From: Lingula anatina | Taxonomy: Eukaryota > Animalia > Brachiopoda | Reading direction: 5' to 3' | DNA: 64,000 nt | Assembly (NCBI GenBank): GCA_051362555.1 | Contig: CM120640.1 | Span: 61,606,788-61,670,787 of the forward strand | In this document: in pieces, positions 22,595 through 34,035 of the stretch | Numbering within the stretch: position 1 is the stretch's first letter | Layout: the number at the start of each line of letters is the position of its first letter | The notes under the pieces: generated by a model | Databases searched by the model: none | The model's input: only the letters and a program-made list of their open reading frames with translations | Told to the model about the DNA's origin: nothing | Position numbers and translations under genes: made by a program

Positions 22595-24185
22595 AAGTTA
22601 AGTTCATTGTAAGGTAGGTCAAAGGTCAATTTCAAGGTCACAGTAAATTGCCAGTATATGACTTCCTATCCAACTTCAATAGTAACTATGGACCTATCTC
22701 TGCCAGTTTTGGAGATAAAAGGGAAGCAAAATTTGCAAAGTTCAGTTCATGGTGAAAAGTAGGTCAAAGGTCAATTTCAAGGTCACAGTAAGATTGCCAG
22801 TATATGACTTCCTATTCAACTTCAATAGTAACTATGGACCTATCTCTGCCAGTTTTGGAGATAAAAGGGAAGCAAAATTTGCAAAGTTCAGTTCATGGTG
22901 AAAAGTAGGTCAAAGGTCAATTTCAAGGTCACATTTAGATTGCCAGTATATGACTTCCTATTCAACTTCAATAGTAACTATGGACCTATCTCTGCCAGTT
23001 TTGGAGATAAAAGGGAAGCAAAATTTGCAAAGTTCAGTTCATGGTGAAAAGAAGGTCAAAGGTCAATTTCAAGGTCACAGTAAAATTGCCAGTATATGAC
23101 TTCCTATGCAAGTTCAATAGTAACTATGGACCTATCTCTGCCAGTTTTGGAGATAAAAGGGAAGCAAATTTTGCAAAGTTCAGTTCAAGGTGAAAAGTAG
23201 GTCAAAGGTCAATTTCAAGGTCACAGTAAAATTGCCAGTATATGACTTCCTATTCAAGTTCAATAGTAACTATGGACCTATCTCTGCCAGTTTTGGAGAT
23301 AAAAGGGAAGCAAAATTTGCAAAGTTCAGTTCATGGTGATAAGTAGGTCAAAGGTCAATTTCAAGGTCACAGTAAGATTGCCAGTATATGACTTCCTATT
23401 CAACTTCAATAGTAACTATGGACCTATCTCTGCCAGTTTTGGAGATAAAAGGGAAGCAAAATTTGCAAAGTTCAGTTCATGGTGAAAAGTAGGTCAAAGG
23501 TCAATTTCAAGGTCACATTTAGATTGCCAGTATATGACTTCCTATTCAACTTCAATAGTAACTATGGACCTATCTCTGTCAGTTTTGGAGATAAAAGGGA
23601 AGCAAAATTTGCAAAGTTCAGTTCATGGTGAAAAGAAGGTCAAAGGTCAATTTCAAGGTCACAGTAAAATTGCCAGTATATGACTTCCTATGCAAGTTCA
23701 ATAGTAACTATGGACCTATCTCTGCCAGTTTTGGAGATAAAAGGGAAGCAAATTTTGCAAAGTTCAGTTCAAGGTGAAAAGTAGGTCAAAGGTCAATTTC
23801 AAGGTCACAGTAAAATTGCCAGTATATGACTTCCTATTCAAGTTCAATAGTAACTATGGACCTATCTCTGCCAGTTTTGGAGATAAAAGGGAAGCAAAAT
23901 TTGCAAAGTTCAGTTCATGGTGATAAGTAGGTCAAAGGTCAATTTCAAGGTCACAGTAAGATTGCCAGTATATGACTTCCTATTCAACTTCAATAGTAAC
24001 TATGGACCTATCTCTGCCAGTTTTGGAGATAAAAGGGAAGCAAAATTTGCAAAGTTCAGTTCATGGTGAAAAGTAGGTCAAAGGTCAATGTCAAGGTCAC
24101 AGTAAGATTGCCAGTATATGACTTCCTATTCAACTTCAATAGTAACTATGGACCTATCTCTGCCAGTTTTGGAGATATAAGGGAC
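22595..24185. repeat. 146-bp tandem satellite, 11 highly homogeneous units, with 4-unit (584-bp) higher-order repeat
   Basis: AGGTCA anchor at 22616, 22761, 22907, 23053, 23199, 23345, 23491, 23637, 23783, 23929, 24075. Diagnostic variants (CACATTTAG, AAGAAGG/ATGCAAG, TTCAAGGTG, GTGATAAG) recur at +584. Confidence 0.95.
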
Positions 24186-24427
24186 TAAATGTTATAATTT
24201 TGGAGTTACCATAATGTGCCATAAATTTCCTACAGAAAAAATTAATTAAAATAAAGAAAAGGTCATTTTGGTCAAAGTTCTTGAAATGGGAGGTTCTCTG
24301 AAGTTGCAGAAGTTTAAATTTGATAAAATAATGTCATTTTTGACCACAAGTTGTCTGCTTTGCCAAGCATTATGTTTTATTTTTCCGGAGTTCAAAATTT
24401 ATTATCCATTACCGTACTGCACATTTT

Positions 24428-24719
24428 TACGGAAGCCGACTGGTGCCATATGTTGAAAAAAAAAATTATCTCGAAATTTCGAGATAGCATTTTTTTTGTT
24501 CAAATTTCAAAATACTATCTCGAAATTTCGAGATAAATTTTTTTGCTCAAATATCAAAATGCTATCTCGAAATTTCGAGATAATTTTTTTTTTGTTCAAA
24601 TTTCAAAATGCTATCTCGAAATTTCGAGATAAAAATTTTTTTTGTTCAAATTTCAAAATAGTATCTCGAAATTTCGAGATAATTTTTTTTTCTACATATG
24701 GCACCAGTCGGCTTCCGTA
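24428..24719. mobile_element. IS3EU-like MITE with internal palindrome array
   Basis: Perfect 26-bp TIRs TACGGAAGCCGACTGGTGCCATATGT and 6-bp TSD CATTTT (24422-27, 24720-25). The empty site is visible in copy 1 (~13884). TAY..RTA termini with a 6-bp TSD are the IS3EU signature. Confidence 0.8.
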
Positions 24720-26300
24720 CATTTTCCTTTCACCACCAATATGTACTTTCTGATACAGCGTAACTCGAAAACCGTATGGAATACAAAAAAACCGAGACCA
24801 CCTCCAGTGTTGGGCTTTACATGCTCTACAAAATGCAAAAAAGAATGGGTCTCTAGCATTAACGGTTCCCGAATTAGAGACAGTTTTCAGTTTCGGTATC
24901 TTATGGCCGCTACTCCTGTGAAAATGCACCGATTGACCCCAAATTCACGGAGATGAAAGATGACCTGAAGGGTAACACTTTCCAATAATATTATTGGTTA
25001 AGTCTGTGTGGCGTCTGAATAACAGGGCAAAAAAATTTTTTTTCGTAAAAAATTTCATTTTTTTGAAAATTTTGACCCATTTGACCTTGAAGTAAAGGTC
25101 AAAGGTCAAATCCGAGGGTATATTTGAAATCTACACATATGACTTTTGGAAAGCCGTCTATAGAAATTTTTCCCGTAACTCCTTCTGTAGGGTAGATAAT
25201 TAGCATTTAATTTTGCCATTTTTAGACAAGGGTGCATTGCAATGAGTGCCACACCCAGACCCCAATACCGACAAAGCCCAAATTTTACGTGGAACGAGTT
25301 GAGATTATAGGTGACCTAAATCCATGAGATGGGTACGGGGGCCCTTACCGTCTAGGAGGAGAAGCGGTAACGGTAACATGGCGGCGGAGCCGGCGGAACG
25401 GACCGGACGGGACCGAAACCATGTGTACCGCCAGCGCTAACGCTGGTGGTAAATTTTTTTGTTCAAATTTCAAAATAGTATCTCGAAATTTCGAGATAAT
25501 TTTTTTTTCTACATATGGCACCAGTGGGCTTCCGTACATTTTCCTTTCACCACCAATATGTACTTTTTGATACAGCGTAACTCGAAAACCGTATGGAATA
25601 CAAAAAAACCGAGACCACCTCCAGTGTTGGGCTTTACATGCTCTACAAAATGCAAAAAAGAATGGGTCTCTAGCATTAACGGTTCCCGAATTAGAGACAG
25701 TTTTCAGTTTCGGTATCTTATGGCCGCTACTCCTGTGAAAATGCACCGATTGACCCCAAATTCACGGAGATGAAAGATGACCTGAAGGGTAACACTTTCC
25801 AATAATATTATTGGTTAAGTCTGTGTGGTGTCTGAATAACAGGGCAAAAAATTTTTTTTTCGTAAAAAATTTCATTTTTTTGAAAATTTTGGCCCATTTG
25901 ACCTTGAAGTAAAGGTCAAAGGTCAAATCCGAGGGTATATTTGAAATCTACACATATGACTTTTGGAAAGCCGTCTGTAGAAATTTTTCCCGTAACTCCT
26001 TCCGTAGGGTAGATAATTAGCATTTAATTTTGCCATTTTTGGACAAGGGTGCATTGCAATGAGTGCCACACCCAGACCCCAATACCGACAAAGCCCAAAT
26101 TTTACGTGGAACGAGTTGAGATTATAGGTGACCTAAATCCATGAGATGGGTATGGGGGGCCTTACCGTCTAGGAGGAGAAGCGGTAACGGTAGCCGTCCG
26201 GCGGAGCCAACGGAGCCGGCGGAGCCGGCGGAGCCGGCGGAGCCGGCGGAACGATCCGGACGAGACCGAAACCATGTGTACCGCCAGCGCTAACGCTGGT
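24634..26300. repeat. Near-identical ~817-bp tandem duplication of the HINE terminal segment
   Basis: 24634-25450 is repeated at 25451-26300 (ORF-track pairs offset by 817). Differences are a few substitutions and the GGCGGAGCC copy number. Confidence 0.93.
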
Positions 26301-28328
26301 GGTACAATTACTCTTAAGATCATGTGCCAAAGTATGAGACAGGAAATGTACTGCATAGTCTTGAACATGAAATGAGAAGGATAGAATCATATTGGTTTTG
26401 CATTAACTTTTCAACATTTATTTTTATCTGAAAAAATATATCAATAATTTTACATTTTTAAACAAAACCTGTCATTGTAAGAGATGCTTTTTAACTTTTT
26501 CATTGTATTAACTTTTGAATACTGAAAATTTACCATACAGAACTATTCAAGTGTGAATCTTTTTATTTGTATCGTAGGCATGGTTAAAAAGAACATATTT
26601 TCAAAGATAAATGATATTATTCAAGAAAACCATTTATATATCAAACCACTGGGCAATTCATTATTTTTTTTTATTAACCACTAACTTACGAGAAACATAA
26701 GTGAATCTGAGCAGGAAATCAAATACTCATCAATCTATGTCAAACCATTTTCTCATTTCTTCTCCATTTGCCGATCAATAATTGAAAGCATTTCCTGAGA
26801 CTGTAAATTTAATTCCTGCTATCAAAATTTTGATTTGGAGTCAAACTCACATCCCTTAATGTCTGCAGTTACTCAAACCAAGAATTCCAATCTTGATACA
26901 AATTTGTAAATTCTTCTGAGAGCAAAAGTAGAGTACAATACATAAGGAAACAGTTTGCCATGTCAATCCCAATTCTCACATTTTACGTGCCCTTCCATAT
27001 TGTCTCCAAATGCACAAATCAATAAAATGTATGTGCACTAACATTCAACAATCCACAGTCTACAAACAAGTGATTCTGAACAATATTCTAACCTGGATAC
27101 CAATATTCTACTAGACTAGGCAAAAATAAAATGGTATTACAACATTTATCACATAAAAGAACATGAGCTAATATATCTGAAGCCACAGTCTGAGAAGTGT
27201 TAGGTAAAACTTCCCTCTGCTAGGGGAAACCTTCTGACCACTTCTGACTATCCTTAACAATATAATTAATCTGAGACAATTTGAGCAACTATGTAAAATC
27301 GTATTTCTACGACATAATCCATCAGATAGCATCTTTAAAAAGTGCACAATCTTCAGGGTCTCACCTAATTTTGCACATCATCCTATATCATCTCTTAAAT
27401 TAAGTTGCTGCAGGGTAAATGTGTGGTTTAAATGGTCATCATGTGAGCAATATATTATATCAGGGAAGGTTTAGTTTGGTTTACTGGTCAGATCATCATA
27501 TATATAGCTTATCAAGTGCACATTACCTAAAATGACGTGCCACACTGCACGTTCATGTTTTATTTGCCTACATTATTTCACAGTTACCTACTTTTTTAAA
27601 TGGAGAAGCAGAATTAAAATGAAAAGCGCTCTCTGCATACATATTGAGCATGAGAGGGTTTTTAATTTTTGTTTATAGCAATTCTAACATACTTTGTCAA
27701 ACATGTACACTTAGATTTCAATATAAATTGACCAGTTAACTAGAGTTTACAAATAAACTTGCATATATTACTAAGACATCATAAATTGGGCTGTAATCCG
27801 GATTGATTAATGAATCTAGAGACTATTTAATGTCTTATGAATACCACACTTGTCTACAATAATGGAAAAAAAAAAAAAAGGATCGTCCTGGACCTGACCG
27901 AGGGTCACACGACCCCTCCCCCTAACCCATTGGAGTCGGACCCCTAACTGCTTCTGCTTCTCACATTTTGGTGCTTCCAGGCGTTCTATGTGTTAAAAAT
28001 ACTTAACCAATTTCTTTTTTTTTTTTTTGTAAATATGGCAGACAAGTGAGGTATTCTCAGGTCACTTTATGGGATTTTAAGATCCATTAACCGATCAAGG
28101 TCAATAGCGAGCGTGATGTTACAAATGCACATCTCCATTTACTACTATGTTCACAGTGGAGCTACGTTGCTACAAACATGTACATACATCTCTCACTGTT
28201 GACGGCAATTTCTAATAAAATCAACTGAGAAGTCAAAACACCACGATTCACAGCTGCACGTAAACTGTCCCCAATTTCAAATTATTTTGAGAACAGGTTT
28301 CCATTGAATAATAATAATAATAACCTAC

Positions 28329-28786
28329 CTTACAGCAACAAGCAGTGATCTTCACTATCAGCTGAAAAATGTACGTGACCCATATATTCCCCCCTAATGG
28401 CTACCCTTGAACTAATCCACTGTAAGGGATGTGGGTAATTTTACTTTAATTTTAACGATGAAGGAACCTTTAAAAAACATCAAAATTAAGAGCACCAACC
28501 ACCTATTGATATTAGGTGATGAATTTGACAGTTGAAAATAATTATAGCGTATTTTAGTCAGAGGCTCACTTATTTAACGCGTAGCCTGAGATGTTTCATA
28601 AACATCCTTGACGTAAGGTCAACTCGCCTCAAACCCCATCTGAAACCCGCCCCTGACTGCCCCTGACGATTGCACGTACACCGCCTGGAGACTGGTTGAA
28701 ACCGAGGACATAGCGGGAATTTCCCAATCAAACAGTCTACAACTAGTACTTAGTAGTAGAGTGCAATCAGTCACACTGGGATCGCC
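28329..28786. promoter_or_regulatory. SWSAP1 promoter region; possible bidirectional promoter with a TMEM45 non-coding exon
   Basis: CpG-richer patch with GC-box-like CCCGCCC (~28646) and CRE-like TGACGTAA (~28609) just upstream of the SWSAP1 ATG. Minus-strand donor AG|GTAGGT at 28329/28328. Confidence 0.4.
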
Positions 28787-31424
28787 ATGTCCATGAAGCA
28801 TATTTTCCCTTTTGATTCGCATTATTTAAAATGGTGTCATTCAAAAGTGGAACCAATTAATACAGATATATTATTGCTGAGTGGAGACCACAATGTGTAA
28901 GTATCTCGTGCACGAAAACAACATTTGGAAGGGACGTTTGCTAGTCACAGCGCACTACTACCAGTACATGTACATGAACATGTATATCAAAAGTCGTCAA
29001 TAGGTGTGCTAAAGATGGATTTTGTGCTAGTAATAGACAGTTTGTTTGCCTAGTTGGTAATTTTTAAAACTCTCTGACTGATCACTTTTTCTAATGGATT
29101 CAGGATGCAAAGTAATGAAAGCAAAAGCTATTATAAAGTATACATTTCCTTTCACCATCGTGCACAGATGAATAAAGGAAACTACGTGCAGGTGCGTACT
29201 GATTGTAGAAAACGTAAGTGAATGACAACAATGTTTATATTTTTCTGAAAATTTGAAATGATAGGGTTGAATTATATATTAAAATTCTGAAGCTTACAAC
29301 TTTTTTTAACTTCAGAGGGAAGACATGTCTATTGTTCCAGGCAGCAGTCAGTCACGCCTCTGAAGAATGTCATGTCACCTATATATGTCCCTCCCCCCTC
29401 AGCAGTCTTCCAGCTCCAGTTCATGGAATGCCATCACCTGAGGCAAAGGTGCTGCAGAATCTCAAATTTCTGTAGGTATAGTTATAAAGGATTGTAACCA
29501 TGGCAGTTCAAGTGCTTTTCATTCTACATGTATATCAGCTGGAAATTTTTGAGAAAATAAATAGACGAGGATTTTTTTTTTGTTCTGTTTTATGGTTATT
29601 TAAGCTTTTTGGGACTTGGAGTGTTATGCTGATAACCCCAGTAATTACAACAGAGAGATGGAAGTAATATTTATAAAAGATATGTTAATCTGTTAGATAT
29701 ATTTCATGTATTACCTATAACATACCAATAATGCCATATGTAAAATGTGTGTAGAATTGAGAAAGATACAGGTACATATACTTTCATTTTGTTTTTAAGA
29801 AAGCCTTAAAGTTTTATCCTTGAAATTCTATTTGAAAACTTTTCATAAATTATTTTTTTGTGTATCAGGTATATGTCGAGTACAGATGAACTTGTTGAAT
29901 ACCTTTCTGAACTTCACACCAGCCCTGTGGTATCTCAAGTGCTCATATTGGATGATTTAGATTACTATGTCAATCAGATACAGGTAAGCATTGAGAGTAC
30001 TGCAAGAAAAGTGAGCACACGCACGCATACATGAATGCATGCACGCACTCCTATATAAAATTGCAGAATGAATTATTCTTGGAACATTAAAAAAAACCTG
30101 TGGGGTTGAAATATAGAATGTACATATTAAAATACCACAGACAAGGTCAAAGAGAATGTGTGTGATGGTTTATAAAATATGTGCCCAAGTGATCTTTTGC
30201 AAGAATTCAATGGTGTTCCATATATATGGACAAGAAGGGAGATTTAAAACGCTTTTCAGTATTCAGGTGAATTTAGTTGTTCATGTGCAGTAAAATTATT
30301 TTTTAATTTCAAATGATAGGTAAAGCAATGAATTTGTGAATTTGTCAGGTGTACTTTTTATTTATTTTAACTCACAAGTTTCAGGAACATGGGTCATCTG
30401 AGCATAGTATTGCAATGCTGTTTGCACTTATCAAGGATGCAGTCGTGTACATGAAATCAAAGCAGTAAGTTCTGAGTCTGTATTTCACCTAACTGTCACT
30501 TTGTTCTGAGATAGTACTTTTACTTAAATTTCCTCTAACATTTTGAAGGAAACCAGAAAGCATCTCATAGTGAGAAAAGTAATTAATTATTTGAGCTAAT
30601 TAATTAATTATTTTTGCTGTGAAAATGTTTTGATAACCATAAAGCACGTAATAATGTGTTTTCAGTTTCCTTCCTTGCCCTTTTTTCCAGCACTGCGGGC
30701 AGTCCTTGTGTTACTTACATTTCCACACACCATACATCAGCACATCAGCTTGGGATTTATAAAAGATTTACCAAGAATATATGGACGTTGAATGGTAAGA
30801 CTCTACTTTTGCTGCATGCATAATGATTATGAAGAAATATGGCAATTTTTTAGGAAATTGATATGTTTGTCCCATGTGCAGTGTACCCTGCTGTTTGGAA
30901 ATTAAGTATACTTTTGGTACAAAAATATTTTTAGATATTTGTTTGATTTTTACATCAATGCAACTCCATGCCTGGTTTTCTGGTGTACTGGCAGCTTTCT
31001 ATTTTGGACTTCCATTGGTTTGTGTTGTGACTTGTAAGATTTTTCAAAGAAATATTCAAGTTAAGAATTTGATTATTTGCTATGTAACATAAGACCTACA
31101 TGCACTATGGTGCAGTGCCTATGTGATTTTACTTACATCTTATGATCTATGAATAACATGAGAATGATCCAGCAAATACAAGACTTGGCATTGAATAGGA
31201 AAAAATTAAAAAGTTTTCTGATATAACAGAAAGTAGATGAATGCTAAGATTTTTTTCTTCTGCCTTATTTCAGTTGTACAATTTTACATTTTACAGGCAG
31301 TGTGGATGAAGATGGAGCCCCAATCATGCAGTGCAAACCGTTTTCATCAGCAGAACCAATGACAATTCATTACTATATAACCGAGGATTGTTTTAGGTTA
31401 AAAAATATATGTGTACAAAAATGA
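28787..31424 (+). CDS. SWSAP1: ATPase SWSAP1 (SWIM-type zinc finger 7 associated protein 1; RAD51-paralog-like Shu complex subunit)
   Basis: Exons 28787-28896, 29316-29471, 29869-29983, 30385-30464, 30691-30794, 31297-31424, all GT-AG and phase-consistent. Walker A LLLSGDHNVGKTCLLFQAA spans exons 1/2, Walker B VLILDDLDYY, then IAMLFALIKDA and IYKRF. GCCATG start. Confidence 0.88.
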
Positions 31425-31564
31425 CTAGCGAATGAAAACTGTCATATTGGCTGATAATTCAAATCGTGTTACCAAATTGCATTTGAAAGTCCTTATTGGT
31501 AACTGTAGAAATTATCTTGGGAAAAGATTTGGTGGACATCAGAGTTAGTACAAGGAGCTTCTTA

Positions 31565-31861
31565 GGTTGCATTTAGAACAGATGATCCTCAGATCTACTG
31601 GTCCGCTGACCCTACATAATAGCTAGACCGCTTAATCCCGTAATGGTGTCTCCACCTCCCACATGCGTCATAATTGGGGCACAATAATTAAATCTTGACT
31701 CCATTCGACAGGTAGTTTTAATTACTGTGCCCCTGCATGAACAACGTGCGTGGGAGGCAGAAGGACCATTACGGAATTAAACGGTCTTGCTTTCATATAG
31801 GGTCTGCCATATTTAATCTGCGGATCAGTAGATCCGATGATCATCCATTCTGAATTTCACC
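31565..31861. mobile_element. Harbinger-like palindromic MITE in probable SWSAP1 3'UTR
   Basis: TTA on both sides. The arms are imperfect inverted repeats over most of the length (GATCTACTGGTCCGC / GCGGATCAGTAGATC; CCGTAATGGT / ACCATTACGG). A diverged relative lies at ~51790-52050. Confidence 0.75.
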
Positions 31862-32931
31862 TTACACTTTTGGAATAGTTCCAGACTTGCATCTTAACTT
31901 CCAGTATTTTCTATGAAGCAATCTCAAAAGTTAACTTTGAATCTCAATTTTTTTTCTTTTTTTGCAAGATTTGGCAGTGTACGTAAACATGTATTGATCA
32001 GGTACATTTCATGACATGCTCTGATCACGAAGAAAAAGAACAGAATAACTTCACCTTGGTGCCAAATATATCTGTTTATTTTATGTAGAGATGAAGTGTG
32101 CATTGTTCTAATGGTCTGTGATAATAGGTCAGTTGTTATGTAGGACCCTCATATAAATTTGATGTGTTCAAGTCCAAGTTTGTGTTTTAGTCATCAGAAT
32201 TTATTGTACAACGCATACAGTAAATGTATCATTTGATCAAAAATATTGTAACAGTTTCATTATTTAAGTGTCTGTAACTCTCAATTTGGCATCATTGTTT
32301 ATAATTGGTAGTTACATTTTATTGAAGTTGACTTTGTTTGGGGGAAATTATTCTTATTCTTCAATATACCAGTATTGTCAGTTTTATTTTATTGTTTTTT
32401 ATTTTATTTTTTTGATTTATTTTGTTTTATTTTCTTGTGATATTTTGTTGGAAAGAAGTAAATGTCCTAGATATTTTGCTGGAGTACTTTTAACTGAAAA
32501 GACCTTTTGGTGATGTAGGGTTGAGTGCAAGTGTATGCTAATAGTATGTTTGTTTAATTGATTAAGTGAATTGATCACTAAGGCATAATGTAATGTTATT
32601 TGCCTAGTGCTCAAATCACTGTGCAAATATGCTGGATTAGCAAAAGTTTATGTTTTGGATTATCTTATCAGTAATTAGTCTCCATAGTTTTAGGCCAGTT
32701 TGTAATGGTTGAGTGTCAAACCAAATCTTATTTATAGCTACAACACACACCTAAGTGGCTTTTGTGATACTGTCACATAACAGTTGAATACATTGGGAAG
32801 TAAGAAAATACTTCCATGAATAATTTGACATACAGTTTAAAAAGGAATAAATTTCAGGAACTGCTTGGCTGTAAGTGATTATTAAAGTATTGGTTTACTT
32901 ATTTCAAGAATTACAGATATTTGTGGAAATT

Positions 32932-33230
32932 ATTTACCTCTGTCCAGGAGGCTATGTTTTCACCTCTGGGTGTCTATTTGTTTGTCACTTGCCTTACTAA
33001 GAAAGTAATGGATTTTGAAACTTTAAGAAAAGGCCAGAAATGAATAAACTTAAAATTGATCAAGGTTTGGTGGCGATCTGGATCATCTGGGTCTAGACAT
33101 TTTTAAAACAACTCATGCCAATGACCTTGTACCAAAAATCACCAAAGTTGAGCAGTTGATATGCTCTCACCTGCCACAGTTTATACGTGTTAAGTTCTTG
33201 GTGAAGGTCTGCACTCTCAGAGTGCTTTTT
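32932..33230 (+). mobile_element. Old HINE/Helentron-derived repeat remnant
   Basis: TTACCTCTGTCCAGGAGGCTATGTTTTCACC + TTTG-like microsatellite at the 5' end, and TTGGTGAAGGTCT + GCACTC-TCA-GAGTGC hairpin + T-run at the 3' end. Confidence 0.6.
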
Positions 33231-34035
33231 TGTTTTTGATTTTTTTTTTGATTTTTTAAATATAAAAAAACATTTTGTGTGCTGCCACCACAACTGCTAT
33301 GGAAGGAAAACTGTGTTACTTATAATTTTGTAACTTGTTTGGTAACTTAGGATTGTCATATGGCTCAAATTGGAAAGCCAGCTTGATTGGATTATTCTTT
33401 TGAATTTGTGCAATTTTTTTTTCTGAAATTTTCATTTTGCTCATGCTGGCATTTACAGTGTGTGAATTTGAACTTTCACAGGTCTGAAGCCTTATTTAAA
33501 TCTATATTCCTGACATCTGTGTTGTGCATTGGTGTTTACTTTGCTGTTAAGCATAATGTATTACTGCATCAAAAATTGACAAAATAACCCATTTGGTGCA
33601 TCATTATTTTCTGCTTTTTGTCTGTACATTTGACAGCTTTAATTGCTGTACTTTATTTTTTCAAAACAATAAACGGGTTGATGGAAATAATACATTTGTC
33701 CATGGTGAGTTGACATTTATTATTATTATCATTTGATCAACTCTTTGGAAGTAACTGCACGCACTAAGGGAGCATTAAAACGGCCTCACAATGCCCAAGC
33801 TGAATGAACACAGTCAGATTGTGTTAGAGAAGACGCATGCTATTTTGAAAACTATCCAAGATGAGACATCAATTATTAAAACTGCACACTTATTTTAATT
33901 CATTTCCAGTTGAATAAACTGCCAAATACGTGAAATCAGCTAAAAAGTATTAATCTTTAATACGACCCAAAACTATCACAAAAAGTACATTCACGTTCTC
34001 TGTTTTAACGTAAGTGTGTTACAAGTGAACACAAA

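Larger units (their letters stand above)
22399..26310 (-). mobile_element. Helentron-associated non-autonomous element with central satellite array, copy 2
   Basis: Same AACTAG end, GAGGCG hairpin and TTGTACCACCAGC subTIR as copy 1. The other end has TGTACCGCCAGCGCTAACGCTGGTGGTACAA (subTIR plus partner IR) preceded by a (GGCGGAGCC)n microsatellite, which is the DINE-1/HINE layout. Confidence 0.85.

Noticed and set aside
11100-24185. Regular arrays as CRISPR-like loci
   Set aside because: Whole monomers repeat with no unique spacers, the context is eukaryotic, and there are no cas genes.
24467-24681. Palindrome-spacer pattern as a mini-CRISPR
   Set aside because: The spacers are near-identical to each other and the array lies between MITE TIRs.
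24268-25773. ORFs of 60-133 aa (SRNFEI repeats; MHFHRSSGHK...)
   Set aside because: They arise from MITE and HINE sequence duplicated in the window; no coding signature.
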